Shown here one piece after another: positions 20,551-30,137 of a DNA stretch of 64,000 bases. The notes beneath the pieces were generated by a model. That model did no database searches. It had not been told where the DNA came from and worked only from the letters and a program-made list of their open reading frames with translations. Numbering within the stretch: position 1 is the stretch's first letter; each line of letters opens with the position of its first letter. This stretch comes from Candidatus Levyibacteriota bacterium (GTDB lineage: Bacteria; Patescibacteriota; Microgenomatia; Levybacterales; UBA12049): positions 123,878-187,877 of the forward strand of contig CAVRKE010000002.1 in NCBI GenBank assembly GCA_963722305.1, read 5' to 3'. Both the position numbers and the translations under genes were made by a program.

Positions 20551-21032
20551 TACTCAACTTCAACCCTGCCCACATCCATCAGCCATCCGGCGTGTTGGGC
20601 TGCTTGGGTTTGTCCCCAAACCTTAATTTTTTGATTGATAAATTTAGATAAGTCTACAATCGAAGATGTGAGGTAAACAGTTTGGCTGTCTCCACCCGGC
20701 CTGACCAAATGATAGGCACCTTCGCCGTCAATTCCTCCCGCCTGAAGTGTCCCTTCGGCAGTATCACTAAAAGTTTTCGTGTCGGTTGAGCCAACAACTG
20801 TTCCTTTTGCAACACTACCGGATGAGGTGTTCAAGATTCCTCCGGACGTAGTTCCAGTGGTTGATCCGCCTTTGTTTGAAAAGAAATAGCCGCTAACAAC
20901 ACCAACCAGAACCACCACCAAAAGCAAGGTAATCACTTTTGGCGTAAAGGCCGCTTTAATACTTTCCTTATTGAAATCATGGACCAACGGTGGCTTATTT
21001 ACTTCTTTACTTATTTCTGTTTTTTTATCCAT
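20550..21032 (-). CDS. Hypothetical membrane-anchored Gly/Ser/Thr-rich protein
   Basis: GGAGGTGA SD 9 nt upstream of the internal ATG (MDKKTEISK), so the start is refined from 21086 to 21032. Confidence 0.45.
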   Translation of the reverse strand: MDKKTEISKEVNKPPLVHDFNKESIKAAFTPKVITLLLVVVLVGVVSGYFFSNKGGSTTGTTSGGILNTSSGSVAKGTVVGSTDTKTFSDTAEGTLQAGGIDGEGAYHLVRPGGDSQTVYLTSSIVDLSKFINQKIKVWGQTQAAQHAGWLMDVGRVEVE

Positions 21033-21097
21033 CCTTATTAATTCACCTCCTTTATTAAGTAAACCATATTTTTCTCTCTTTGGCAACCGTTTTCGGA

Positions 21098-22102
21098 CTA
21101 CAACTTTCTTAGCTCTTCATCAATAAACTCATCTAAATCCCCATCTAAAACGGCCTCGGCGTTGGATGTCTCGTAGTTAGTCCGGAGGTCTTTGACCATT
21201 TTATAAGGATGTAAGACGTAGGAGCGGATTTGATTGCCCCAACCCGGGGTCTTGTACCCGCCTTTTAATTTTGCCTCCTCTTTTTTTCTTTCTTCCTCTT
21301 GCAAAAGCCATAACTTAGCTCTTAACATTTTTAAAGCGTATTCCCTATTTTGCCCTTGATAACGCTGCCCTTGGGCTGTGATGATGATTCCTGACGGTTT
21401 ATGCGTGAGCCGAACTGCGGTAGAAACCTTGTTGACGTTTTGCCCACCGTGGCCGCCGCTTCGGAAAAAATCCCACTCCAAATCCTCATCTTTTATTTCG
21501 ATGTCGGCGTTTTCCTCAATCTCCGGCATTACTTCCACCAAAGCAAATGACGTTTGTCTTAAATTGTCGGCGTTAAAAGGCGACTGTCTGACCAAACGGT
21601 GAACGCCGGCTTCTCCTTTTAGAAATCCATAAGCATATTCACCGCTTACTTCAATAACAATGCTTTTTAAACCGGCTTCTTCACCCGGAGTTTCTTCCAG
21701 CGTTTGATAACCCCAATCTTTTTTCTCAAAATAGTGGCAGTACATCCGATAAAGCATGTTCGTCCAATCCATTGCCTCAACCCCGCCCTGACCGGCGTGC
21801 AGGGCTAAGATGGCCGATGATAAGTCGTAGGGGCCGGAAAAATATAACAGCGTTTCAAAATCATTAAGAATTCTTTCCGCCTCTTCAAACCGGCCGGTTT
21901 TTTCCAGCTCCAAAAGTTTTTCCGCTTTCTGAATTTCCTCCGAAATAGTTGACATCTCCTTCATTTTTTGCGAGGCGGTTTTGTGGTCTTTCCAAAAATC
22001 TTGATGCGAGCTTTCCGCTTCGATTTCCCGAAGTCTCTTTCTTTTTTCGTCAATATTGAATTTTTCCAGAGCTTTTTTTATTCTTGTTTTAATCTCGTCC
22101 AT
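21098..22102 (-). CDS. prfB: Peptide chain release factor 2
   Basis: GGQ and SPF motifs. The ORF is contiguous with no +1 frameshift site. Confidence 0.9.
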   Translation of the reverse strand: MDEIKTRIKKALEKFNIDEKRKRLREIEAESSHQDFWKDHKTASQKMKEMSTISEEIQKAEKLLELEKTGRFEEAERILNDFETLLYFSGPYDLSSAILALHAGQGGVEAMDWTNMLYRMYCHYFEKKDWGYQTLEETPGEEAGLKSIVIEVSGEYAYGFLKGEAGVHRLVRQSPFNADNLRQTSFALVEVMPEIEENADIEIKDEDLEWDFFRSGGHGGQNVNKVSTAVRLTHKPSGIIITAQGQRYQGQNREYALKMLRAKLWLLQEEERKKEEAKLKGGYKTPGWGNQIRSYVLHPYKMVKDLRTNYETSNAEAVLDGDLDEFIDEELRKL

Positions 22103-22111
22103 AATTTTAAG

Positions 22112-22519
22112 TTATAAACCGCTGCAAATTTTTTCGCAGGTTGACTTTAATTGATTCTGCGGATAATTCTGAATCGCTTTTAAGTCATTAATGACCTTTT
22201 GTACTTGCGGCGAGGAAGTAGCAATATCAACCATATTGATATTCTGCGCTTCATTTTTTAAGTTGTCTATTTGGTTTTGGATACTTTGCTTAACATCCGG
22301 TAATGCGGGAAGGGATTGAGTACTGGCTCCTTTGACTGCCGTAGTTGATGATGGAATTAACGCTTGACCACCAACCATCATCTGCCTAAACACCAATGCA
22401 ATAATTATTAACAAGATTGCGCCGATGACAAATAAAATAATTTTCTTCTTGTCCCACTCAAATTTTTCTTCCCGTTCTTTCATGAGACAATTGTAGATTA
22501 AACTAACACTATTTTGCAA
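22112..22519 (-). CDS. Hypothetical single-TM protein
   Basis: ORF with one hydrophobic helix and a Q/N-rich C-terminus. Confidence 0.35.
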   Translation of the reverse strand: MQNSVSLIYNCLMKEREEKFEWDKKKIILFVIGAILLIIIALVFRQMMVGGQALIPSSTTAVKGASTQSLPALPDVKQSIQNQIDNLKNEAQNINMVDIATSSPQVQKVINDLKAIQNYPQNQLKSTCEKICSGL

Positions 22520-22546
22520 ACTTACTGAATGATATAATTATCAATA

Positions 22547-23320
22547 ATGAATATTATACAAGCATTAATGATGTCCGCGGTTGAAGGAATTTCGGAATTT
22601 TTGCCGATTTCCTCCACCGGGCATATGATTTTAGCCGCAGATATTTTAAAAATCGCCCAGACCAGTTTTGTTAAAGATTTCGAAATTATTATCCAATTTG
22701 GGGCAATCCTGGCAATTGTGGTTTTATATTGGAACAGTTTGTTTAAAAGTCTCGAGGTCTGGAAAAGAATTATTGTCGCTTTTATTCCCACCGGAATTAT
22801 CGGCCTGCTTCTTTTTAAGCTTGTCAAGAATTATTTGTTGGGGAATTTGTATATAACTTTAATTTCTCTTTTCGTCGGAGGAGCTGTCCTCATAATACTT
22901 GAGCTAATCTACAAAGAAAAAGAACACCACCTTGAAGATATTGCCAAAATGAGTTTTCCGAAAGCTTTTGTCATTGGCCTTTTCCAGTCAATTGCCATCA
23001 TTCCGGGAGTCTCGCGGTCCGCCGCCACCATTGTCGGCGCCATGTTTTTAGGTACCAAAAGAAAAGCGGCCGCGGAGTTTTCTTTTGTTTTGGCTGTTCC
23101 GACCATGCTGGCTGCCACCGGACTTGATTTGGTCAAAACCAAATTTGACTACACACCAGCGGAGTGGTTTATAATGGCAGTGGGATTTTTTGGCGCCTTT
23201 GTTGTTGCCTTAATTTCCGTCAAACTTTTCTTAAAATATGTGCAGCGAAATAATTTTATTATCTTTGGCGTATACAGAATAATTGCCTCTATTCTGTTCT
23301 ACCTGATTGTAATTAGATAA
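22547..23320 (+). CDS. uppP: Undecaprenyl-diphosphatase
   Basis: BacA motifs (SEFLPISSTGH). Preceded by an extended -10 TGaTATAAT close to the ATG. Confidence 0.85.
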   Translation: MNIIQALMMSAVEGISEFLPISSTGHMILAADILKIAQTSFVKDFEIIIQFGAILAIVVLYWNSLFKSLEVWKRIIVAFIPTGIIGLLLFKLVKNYLLGNLYITLISLFVGGAVLIILELIYKEKEHHLEDIAKMSFPKAFVIGLFQSIAIIPGVSRSAATIVGAMFLGTKRKAAAEFSFVLAVPTMLAATGLDLVKTKFDYTPAEWFIMAVGFFGAFVVALISVKLFLKYVQRNNFIIFGVYRIIASILFYLIVIR

Positions 23321-23326
23321 TTTAAA

Positions 23327-23689
23327 ATGACACCGTTTGAAAAAGTTTACAAGGTTGTTTCTTTTGTTCCCAAAGGCAAGGTCATGACCTACAAGAAAAT
23401 TGCCGAAATTACCGGTATTAAAGATGTTAGGGTGATTGGTTATGCTTTAAATAAAAATAAAAATCCCAAGAAAATCCCTTGCCATCGGGTTATTAAAGAA
23501 GACGGAACCTTTGCCAAAGGTTATGCTTTCGGTGGCAGGAGAGCACAAAAACAAAGACTTATAGATGAAGGGGTGAAATTTTTAAATCAAGAGACTGTTG
23601 ACTTGAAACGCTCATTATATAGAATTCCTTTGAATATGGAAGTCTACTTACGACTTGTTTTCTTGCGAAAGCCTTTCCGCAGAAGCTAA
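23327..23689 (+). CDS. Methylated-DNA--protein-cysteine methyltransferase family protein (MGMT/Ogt DNA-binding domain)
   Basis: PCHRV active-site motif and an HTH region. Confidence 0.6.
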   Translation: MTPFEKVYKVVSFVPKGKVMTYKKIAEITGIKDVRVIGYALNKNKNPKKIPCHRVIKEDGTFAKGYAFGGRRAQKQRLIDEGVKFLNQETVDLKRSLYRIPLNMEVYLRLVFLRKPFRRS

Positions 23690-23995
23690 ATCTTCAAGCA
23701 TTTCAAACTTTGTTTTTTCAACCGCATCTTTAATTTTTTCTTCGAGTTTTTCTATTTTAGATTTTAAATGCTCCAGGGTTTCCTGATGGTTATCGGAAAT
23801 CAAATTTTTTAAGAAAGTTTTTTTGTCTTCCTCGGTAAGTTCGGAAAGGATAATGTTCACGACCGTGCTATGAATATTTGCTTCCAAAAGCGAAGTTAAA
23901 TGCGCTTTTTCGTCTCTAGATAATTTCATTTCCGAAAGTCGAATAGAGACGTCTGTCGTCTCTATGAGATGGCTATAAAAAAACTGGTGATTCAT
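23648..23995 (-). CDS. Hypothetical coiled-coil protein
   Basis: 115-aa acidic, helical ORF. Confidence 0.3.
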   Translation of the reverse strand: MNHQFFYSHLIETTDVSIRLSEMKLSRDEKAHLTSLLEANIHSTVVNIILSELTEEDKKTFLKNLISDNHQETLEHLKSKIEKLEEKIKDAVEKTKFEMLEDLASAERLSQENKS

Positions 23996-24867
23996 AAATT
24001 AACCGGCCCCAAAGGAATTGTATCATCGGGATCATCAATAAAAAAATAGAGCACTCCGGCTCTTTGTTGCCCGTCGAATCTTTCCAGATAATTCATTACC
24101 TCCGGTGAGCCTCCCAATTGTTTACCTGTCCACGGTGATGGGCCGGCGTCAGCAATGTCTGCCACTACCGCTTTGCCATTGTCAGGATTAACCACCAGCA
24201 TTTTTCGGTACTTAAAAAAGTCAAGGTAGGCTTGTTTATTTTGGTCAAAACCCGGAGCGAGAAAAGTCTGCACCGCAATGTAATATTTTTCCCTGTCAAT
24301 CCCTTGTTGAGTAAGCTGTCCTGACGAATCGGTGAAATATCCCCATCCGCCCAGTCCCGGCGCCATTCCGTAAGACCAGTATCTTCCCGCATCCTGATTA
24401 TTTTCAAAATGTGTAAACATATTATCGCCCGGATACCTGACCAGATGCTGCTCCTGACCGATTATGCCGTAAGTGGTGTTAAGTCTTTTTCCATCCAATT
24501 CCGGAACAACAGTGAAGCTAAAGTTTTGCGATAAAATTTCGCTGACCTGTTTTTCTTCGTCCGGCGTCAAAGGTCGAACTTCACTCGGCAAAACTTTTTT
24601 TAAATCGTAAATGAGAAAAATTCTCTTATCGATTGTTTGCGCGGCTTGCGCTGAGCCTGAAGAAATAGTTTGGGGAACTTTATCCAAAATCGGCGAGGTT
24701 AATAACAAAACTCCGGCCAGTGAACCGATAATGAGTTGTTTTGAATTATCGGCCAGCCACTTGAATGCTTCCCTGTGGTTTTTGAATATTTCCGTTTGGA
24801 GCTCTTGGTGGCGCTTAGTCCATTTCTCGGCGAGGAATTGATAATATGAATTACTATTCCCGGGCAT
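23992..24867 (-). CDS. Membrane-anchored protein with a possible RlpA-like double-psi beta-barrel C-terminus
   Basis: N-terminal TM. C-terminal GKAVVADIADAGPSPWTG...GGSPEVMNYL resembles DPBB. Confidence 0.35.
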   Translation of the reverse strand: MPGNSNSYYQFLAEKWTKRHQELQTEIFKNHREAFKWLADNSKQLIIGSLAGVLLLTSPILDKVPQTISSGSAQAAQTIDKRIFLIYDLKKVLPSEVRPLTPDEEKQVSEILSQNFSFTVVPELDGKRLNTTYGIIGQEQHLVRYPGDNMFTHFENNQDAGRYWSYGMAPGLGGWGYFTDSSGQLTQQGIDREKYYIAVQTFLAPGFDQNKQAYLDFFKYRKMLVVNPDNGKAVVADIADAGPSPWTGKQLGGSPEVMNYLERFDGQQRAGVLYFFIDDPDDTIPLGPVNL

Positions 24868-24926
24868 ACTTAAATCATAGCAGATTTAGATAAGTTAAAA
24901 AAAATCTTGAGAACAGGTAAATTGTC

Positions 24927-25406
24927 TTAATATGGGTTTCCCTGGCGAGGCAATAGCCCGACGACAACTGTTTGCTCTCCTGTTTGAATCATATGGCTTA
25001 CTAAGTCTCCCTCGGGAAATGCGGGAGTGATACTGCCTTCCATCTCAACTGTCCCAGAATAAGCTATGCTCGGAGCGCAATCTGAACGCATGTGGAAGAA
25101 TAAATCTTCTCCTTTTTCATTAGCTCCTTCACCAACAGGACCAGGAAAAATTAACCTTTCACATGTTCCGCAAATTGGGGCAACTGGGGCATATGCTGTA
25201 AACCATTCTTGAAATTGTCTATATGTTCCCCTACGTGTAACCTGATATTCTTGACCCCTAAATGTTGCTGAGAAATATCGACGATTGGGCTGAGTCTCGG
25301 GGAATGTGGGGACTTCAGGTTGTTCCTCTTCTGGCGCAACCAACGATTGGCCTTCTTTTGTACCGCTTCCCCTGTGTAATAATCTTTTTAATCCCTCAGG
25401 AAACAT
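24927..25406 (-). CDS. Hypothetical protein (no recognisable family)
   Basis: 159-aa ORF, Pro/Gly/Glu-rich, with a CGTCE...C motif. Confidence 0.35.
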   Translation of the reverse strand: MFPEGLKRLLHRGSGTKEGQSLVAPEEEQPEVPTFPETQPNRRYFSATFRGQEYQVTRRGTYRQFQEWFTAYAPVAPICGTCERLIFPGPVGEGANEKGEDLFFHMRSDCAPSIAYSGTVEMEGSITPAFPEGDLVSHMIQTGEQTVVVGLLPRQGNPY

Positions 25407-25433
25407 AAGAAAAAGGCAGTTTTTGTATTATAA

Positions 25434-25457
25434 ACACGCTTTTTTAAAAAAGCATGT
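25434..25457. promoter_or_regulatory. 24-bp palindrome (acacGCTTTTTTAAAAAAGCatgt) in a divergent promoter region
   Basis: Perfect 16-bp core palindrome between divergent genes. A TATAAT at 25527-25532 precedes the plus-strand gene. Confidence 0.4.
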
Positions 25458-25556
25458 GCGATTCATTTCCTATACTCGTCCCAGAATTTGATGGCGGTTT
25501 TATTTTAAGCCACTTCTCAGAAAAAATATGCTACTATAATCTTATATCCAAAAGGT

Positions 25557-26603
25557 ATGCACCAAATAAAAAACAGGTTTCTGGTCTTTATTTGCGCTCT
25601 GTTTGTTTCTTCATTTTTTTTTACTTCACCGGCGTTTGCGGGTAATCCTCCTGACTCCGGCCAATCCAGTCTTTCCACATCAGGTCAAGCACCGGCAGAC
25701 GGACAAACAACAATAACCATCACGATTACTCTAAAAGATAATTCAGGCAATACATTATCTGGAGATACCGTCAGCATTGCAGATTCAAGTAATAGCAGTG
25801 CTGTTATTAGCCCAAGCTCGACAACGCTCAATTCATCGGGGCAGGCAACTTTTACCATTACCTCAACCAACGCAGAGACTGATAATATTTCTGTTACCGA
25901 TACCTCTACTAATACCACTTTAGATAATCTTGGGCAGGTCACTTTTACTGCCATAGGCACTCCTACTCCAACGCCTGGCTCCTGTAACGACGGGGCGCCT
26001 GGCAGTACGCCGCAATTGACTTCTGCCGTAGCGGATGGAGATACCCAAATAACCTTGACTTGGGCAGATGCAACCGATCCCGTCAGCTATTATTTGGTTG
26101 CTTATGGATTGACGTCAGGACAGTATATTTATGGCAATCCTAATGTTGGCGGACAGGGAGTAACTTCCTATACGGTTAGTAACTTAGCCAGAGGGACAAC
26201 TTACTATTTTGCGGTCAAAGCGGTTAACGGCTGCAATCCAGGAAGTTTTTCCAACGAAGTTTCTGCTACTACCACCGGTGGAGTGATAGCTGCTCCTGTA
26301 ACTTCAACGGATACGTCTACGGATGTCACTGACGTTCCACCTACCGATACCCCAACTCCATCACCCGAAGCGCAACCGACTGTAACTCCTATTCCTGTAC
26401 AAACCTCAGCTGCGGGCATTTCGAAAACTCAAATGCTAATCTATATTCTCATACTTATCGTGGTCGTTGGCGGTGGCGGAAACTTTATTTACTGGAAATA
26501 TCGAAAAGGCAAAGAAAGCCCCATAAAATATATTGAACAGCATCAACCCCAAGAAAGTTTAAAGCCAGAAGAACCAGAAGAACCAGAAGAAAAGAATAGT
26601 TAA
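25557..26603 (+). CDS. Secreted surface protein with Ig-like and fibronectin type III domains, a Pro/Thr linker and a C-terminal TM anchor
   Basis: Signal peptide, FN3-like block (QITLTWADATDPVSYYLVAYG...YYFAVKAVNG), PT-rich linker, TM segment and a PEEPEEPEE tail. Confidence 0.6.
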   Translation: MHQIKNRFLVFICALFVSSFFFTSPAFAGNPPDSGQSSLSTSGQAPADGQTTITITITLKDNSGNTLSGDTVSIADSSNSSAVISPSSTTLNSSGQATFTITSTNAETDNISVTDTSTNTTLDNLGQVTFTAIGTPTPTPGSCNDGAPGSTPQLTSAVADGDTQITLTWADATDPVSYYLVAYGLTSGQYIYGNPNVGGQGVTSYTVSNLARGTTYYFAVKAVNGCNPGSFSNEVSATTTGGVIAAPVTSTDTSTDVTDVPPTDTPTPSPEAQPTVTPIPVQTSAAGISKTQMLIYILILIVVVGGGGNFIYWKYRKGKESPIKYIEQHQPQESLKPEEPEEPEEKNS

Positions 26604-26624
26604 CTTCGCTAAAAGCGAAGTTAA
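26600..26624. terminator. Perfect 10-bp-stem palindrome (TTAACTTCGC-taaaa-GCGAAGTTAA), a bidirectional terminator candidate
   Basis: Overlaps the TAA stop of the surface-protein gene. Lies downstream of both convergent genes. Confidence 0.45.
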
Positions 26625-26652
26625 CTATAAAAAGTTTCACGATAAACTATCG

Positions 26653-26799
26653 TTACTTTTCTCCCAACTTTTCCTTTACCCACTCCAGTTTTTCTTCCAA
26701 CATCTTCTTTTTCATTTCCAGATGTTCCTTAGACATTTTATGGGCCTGGCAACATTCCGGCATATCATGTCCGCCACAATTACATTTTTTATCCATCAT
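26653..26799 (-). CDS. Small Cys/His-rich protein (48 aa), unannotated
   Basis: GGAGGTGA SD 6 nt upstream. Translation is MMDKKCNCGGHDMPECCQAHKMSKEHLEMKKKMLEEKLEWVKEKLGEK. Confidence 0.45.
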   Translation of the reverse strand: MMDKKCNCGGHDMPECCQAHKMSKEHLEMKKKMLEEKLEWVKEKLGEK

Positions 26800-26884
26800 C
26801 TTATTTCACCTCCCCTCAGTTATTTAATTATACTCTATATTGATAGTGCCCTATTTTTCTGAGAGGATACTGAAGAGAAAAATA

Positions 26885-29800
26885 CTAAGACTTTGTGAAC
26901 TCTGCCCAGGATTTTATCGCAATTTTGTTTAAATCTTTTTCGCCAATCGCTTTGACGAATAGTTCTGCTTTTTGTAAGTTTGTAAATAGCGGAATATTCT
27001 GGTCAACGGCGAAACGTCTGATGTAATAATCATCATCAATGTCTTTTTTTAAATTTGTGTCGGTGATATTAATTGCCATATCGACTTTGGCTTTCTGAAA
27101 GTACTCGAGAATGTTTGGCGATTTTTCCTCATGAATTTTATAAAGCATTTTTGTTTTTACACCATTTTTATTTAGATACGCCGCAGTTTTTTCCGTAGCG
27201 TATAATGGTAAACTGAGGCGTAGCAGAAGTCTTGCGCTCTCCAAAAACTTAATTTTATTTTCATCACCGGAAAGACTAATAAAAATTCCTACTTTAGGAA
27301 TTCTTCCACCGACGCTTAGCTCCGCCAGTAAAAAGGCTTCCTCAACATCATTGCCAAAACAAGCCACTTCTCCGGTTGAGGCCATTTCAACGTCCAACAC
27401 CGGATCTGCTCCGAAAAGCCTGGCAAAAGAAAATTGGGCAACTTTGGAGGCGACAAAATCATAATCCAAAGCGTTAATATTGACTGTTTTTATTTGCTTT
27501 CCGAACATTACATCTGCTGCCATCTTAATTAAATTAACGCCTGTCACTTTGGAAATAAACGGAAAAGTACGGGAAGAACGAAGGTTAACTTCAATCACCG
27601 AAACGTCGTTATCCCGCGCGAGGCATTGCATATTAAACGGTCCGGTAATGCTCAAGGCTTTTGCCAGAGCTACTGTAATCTTTTTTAATCTGCGCTGAGT
27701 CTCGCCATATAATTTTTGCGGCGGGAAAACAATTGAGGCATCACCCGAATGGACACCGGCGTTTTCGACGTGTTCGGAAATGACAAACACTTTTACTTCA
27801 CCTTTTTCCGCTACCGCATCGACTTCTATTTCTTTAGCATTTTCGATAAATTTAGAAACAGTTACGGGATGCTCTTTGGAAATCGCTGTTGACATAAGAT
27901 AATTTTTTAAGTCGTCCTTTGTCCGGCAGACCTTCATATTACTACCCGACAAAACATAGGAAGGACGGATCAGCACCGGAAAGCCGACGCTTTGGCTAAA
28001 ACTAAGCACTTCAGAAAGTTTAGTGAATTTACTCCAGGCCGGCTGAGAAATTTCTAACGAATCCAAAAGTGCCGAAAATTTTCGTCTGTCTTCCGCTTTA
28101 TCAATATCGTTTGGATGGGTTCCGAGAATTTTACAGCCGTAATCTTTTAAAGCTTTCGCCCGGTTGTTCGGCGTTTGTCCTCCAACCGAAACAATTATTC
28201 CGTACGGATTTTCAAATTCATAAATATCGGTTATCCTTTCAAAGGTCAACTCTTCAAAATACAGCCTGTCGGAAATATCATAATCGGTGGAAACAGTTTC
28301 GGGATTACAGTTAACAACAATCGTTTTTTTCTTATTTTCCTTGACCGCAATTACCGTATTCACACAAGTCCAATCAAATTCTACCGATGAACCGATGCGG
28401 TATGGCCCGGAACCAAGTACAATCACACCGCCATCGGCAAATTTCTCAACGTCATGATGGCTTCCTCCGTAAGTCAAATAAAGGTAATTTGTTTTGGCGG
28501 GAAATTCACCTGCCAAAGTATCTATCGAAAAAACAGACGGCAAAATACCATATTGCTTCCTTAAGGTTCTGATCTCAAGTCCTCTTTTTCCAACTAATGA
28601 ACCAATCCTTTTGTCCGAAAAGCCAAGAATCTTTAATTTGAGAAGATTTTCTTTTTCAAGTTTTTTTGTTGCCAACAATTGCTTTTCCTGCGCCACAATA
28701 TTTTTAATTCTGTATAAAAACCAGGGGTCAATTCCGGTCAAGGAATAAATTTCTTCAACTGGAACATTTTCATAGAAAGCCTTGGCGATGGCAAACATTC
28801 TGTTTGGCGTGGGCCGCCGGAGTAAGGCTTTCGTGTCTTTTTTGCTATTCTCGTTTTTAAAAATATTTTCATCGACCGCTCCCTCGAAATCCAAATCCAA
28901 CATGCGAATGGCTTTTTGGTAGGCTTCTTCAAAACATCTGCCAATCCCCATCACTTCGCCTACTGACTTCATGCTGCTGCCGATTTCCTCTTGGGCACCC
29001 TTAAACTTGTTGATATCCCATCTGGGAATTTTTACGGTCACATAATCAAGCGCCGGCTCAAAACAGGATTGAGTGACTTTTGTAACTTTATTCTCCAGCT
29101 CTGTCAAGCTTTTGCCAAGCGCCAGTTTCGCCGCGACATACGCCAGCGGATAACCGGTGGCCTTGCTGGCTAGCGCCGAACTCCGGGAAAGACGGGGGTT
29201 AAGCTCAATGACATAATATTCCAAAGCGCCGGTTGAAGGATTCGTCTGCCCGCCATCAGCTTTCGCTTCAGGCGATTGCGGGCGGGGGTTTAAAGCAAAC
29301 TGGACATTGCATTCCCCAACCACATTTAAACTGCGGACAATTTGGATTGAGACTGAACGGAGTGTGTGGTATTCGTAATCTGTCAGAGTTTGGCTTGGAG
29401 CAATGACAATTGACTCCCCGGTGTGAATTCCCAAAGGGTCCATATTTTCCATGTTACAAACCGTAATGCAGTTATCGAATTTATCCCTGACCACTTCGTA
29501 TTCAACTTCTTTATAGTGATGTAAATATTTTTCAATCAGGATTTGCGAAACAAAAGAAAAGGCAACGTTGGCAATATTTTTTAATTCTTCCTCATTTTGC
29601 GCAATTCCCGACCCCTGCCCGCCCAGGGCAAATCCCGACCTCACCATTACCGGAAAACCTAACTCTCTGGCGATTTTGAGCGCTTCTTTCTGGTTTTCCG
29701 CGGCCCGGCTTTTGGGAGTTGAAATTCCTTGTACTCTTAAATGGTCGGCGAATTTTTGCCTGTCCTCCGAAAGAATTATGGTGCTTATCGGACTGCCTAA

Positions 29801-30136
29801 TATTTCAACCTTGTATTTTTTGAGTATTCCTTTTTTATAAAGCGACAGTCCGCAGTTTAAGGCGGTTTGTCCGCCAAAAGAAAGGAAAATTCCGTCTGGC
29901 CTTTCTTTGGCAATAATTTTTTCGACAAAAAAATCGTTGATGGGCAAAAAATAGACCGTATCGGCAAGATAATCTGAAGTTTGGATGGTGGCAATATTCG
30001 GATTGACCAAAACCGTTTTTATCCCTTCTTCTTTTAAGGCTTTTATCGCCTGAGAACCGGAATAGTCAAATTCTCCGGCTTCGCCGATTTTTAAAGCTCC
30101 CGAGCCTAAAACTAGCACTTTTTTTATATTCTTCAT
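26885..30136 (-). CDS. carB: Carbamoyl-phosphate synthase large subunit
   Basis: Two ATP-grasp halves and a C-terminal MGS-like domain. Start refined to MKNIKKVLVLGSG (30136). Confidence 0.95.
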   Translation of the reverse strand: MKNIKKVLVLGSGALKIGEAGEFDYSGSQAIKALKEEGIKTVLVNPNIATIQTSDYLADTVYFLPINDFFVEKIIAKERPDGIFLSFGGQTALNCGLSLYKKGILKKYKVEILGSPISTIILSEDRQKFADHLRVQGISTPKSRAAENQKEALKIARELGFPVMVRSGFALGGQGSGIAQNEEELKNIANVAFSFVSQILIEKYLHHYKEVEYEVVRDKFDNCITVCNMENMDPLGIHTGESIVIAPSQTLTDYEYHTLRSVSIQIVRSLNVVGECNVQFALNPRPQSPEAKADGGQTNPSTGALEYYVIELNPRLSRSSALASKATGYPLAYVAAKLALGKSLTELENKVTKVTQSCFEPALDYVTVKIPRWDINKFKGAQEEIGSSMKSVGEVMGIGRCFEEAYQKAIRMLDLDFEGAVDENIFKNENSKKDTKALLRRPTPNRMFAIAKAFYENVPVEEIYSLTGIDPWFLYRIKNIVAQEKQLLATKKLEKENLLKLKILGFSDKRIGSLVGKRGLEIRTLRKQYGILPSVFSIDTLAGEFPAKTNYLYLTYGGSHHDVEKFADGGVIVLGSGPYRIGSSVEFDWTCVNTVIAVKENKKKTIVVNCNPETVSTDYDISDRLYFEELTFERITDIYEFENPYGIIVSVGGQTPNNRAKALKDYGCKILGTHPNDIDKAEDRRKFSALLDSLEISQPAWSKFTKLSEVLSFSQSVGFPVLIRPSYVLSGSNMKVCRTKDDLKNYLMSTAISKEHPVTVSKFIENAKEIEVDAVAEKGEVKVFVISEHVENAGVHSGDASIVFPPQKLYGETQRRLKKITVALAKALSITGPFNMQCLARDNDVSVIEVNLRSSRTFPFISKVTGVNLIKMAADVMFGKQIKTVNINALDYDFVASKVAQFSFARLFGADPVLDVEMASTGEVACFGNDVEEAFLLAELSVGGRIPKVGIFISLSGDENKIKFLESARLLLRLSLPLYATEKTAAYLNKNGVKTKMLYKIHEEKSPNILEYFQKAKVDMAINITDTNLKKDIDDDYYIRRFAVDQNIPLFTNLQKAELFVKAIGEKDLNKIAIKSWAEFTKS
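29246..29288. repeat. GC-rich palindromic in-frame insertion element (copy 1) inside carB
   Basis: ctgcccgccatcagctttcgcttcaggcgattgcgggcggggg. Encodes RPQSPEAKADGGQT, replacing the canonical KNGRL. About 85% identical to the copy in kbl. Confidence 0.7.
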
Positions 30137-30137
30137 A

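Noticed and set aside
21098-22102. Expected +1 programmed frameshift in prfB
   Set aside because: I looked for an in-frame TGA with an upstream SD-like CTT context near codon 25. The ORF is continuous from [10 protein letters not shown] through the GGQ motif, so no frameshift is required.
27480-29840. Multiple short ORFs inside carB on the plus strand
   Set aside because: They are embedded antisense in a conserved 1097-aa gene with no independent signals.
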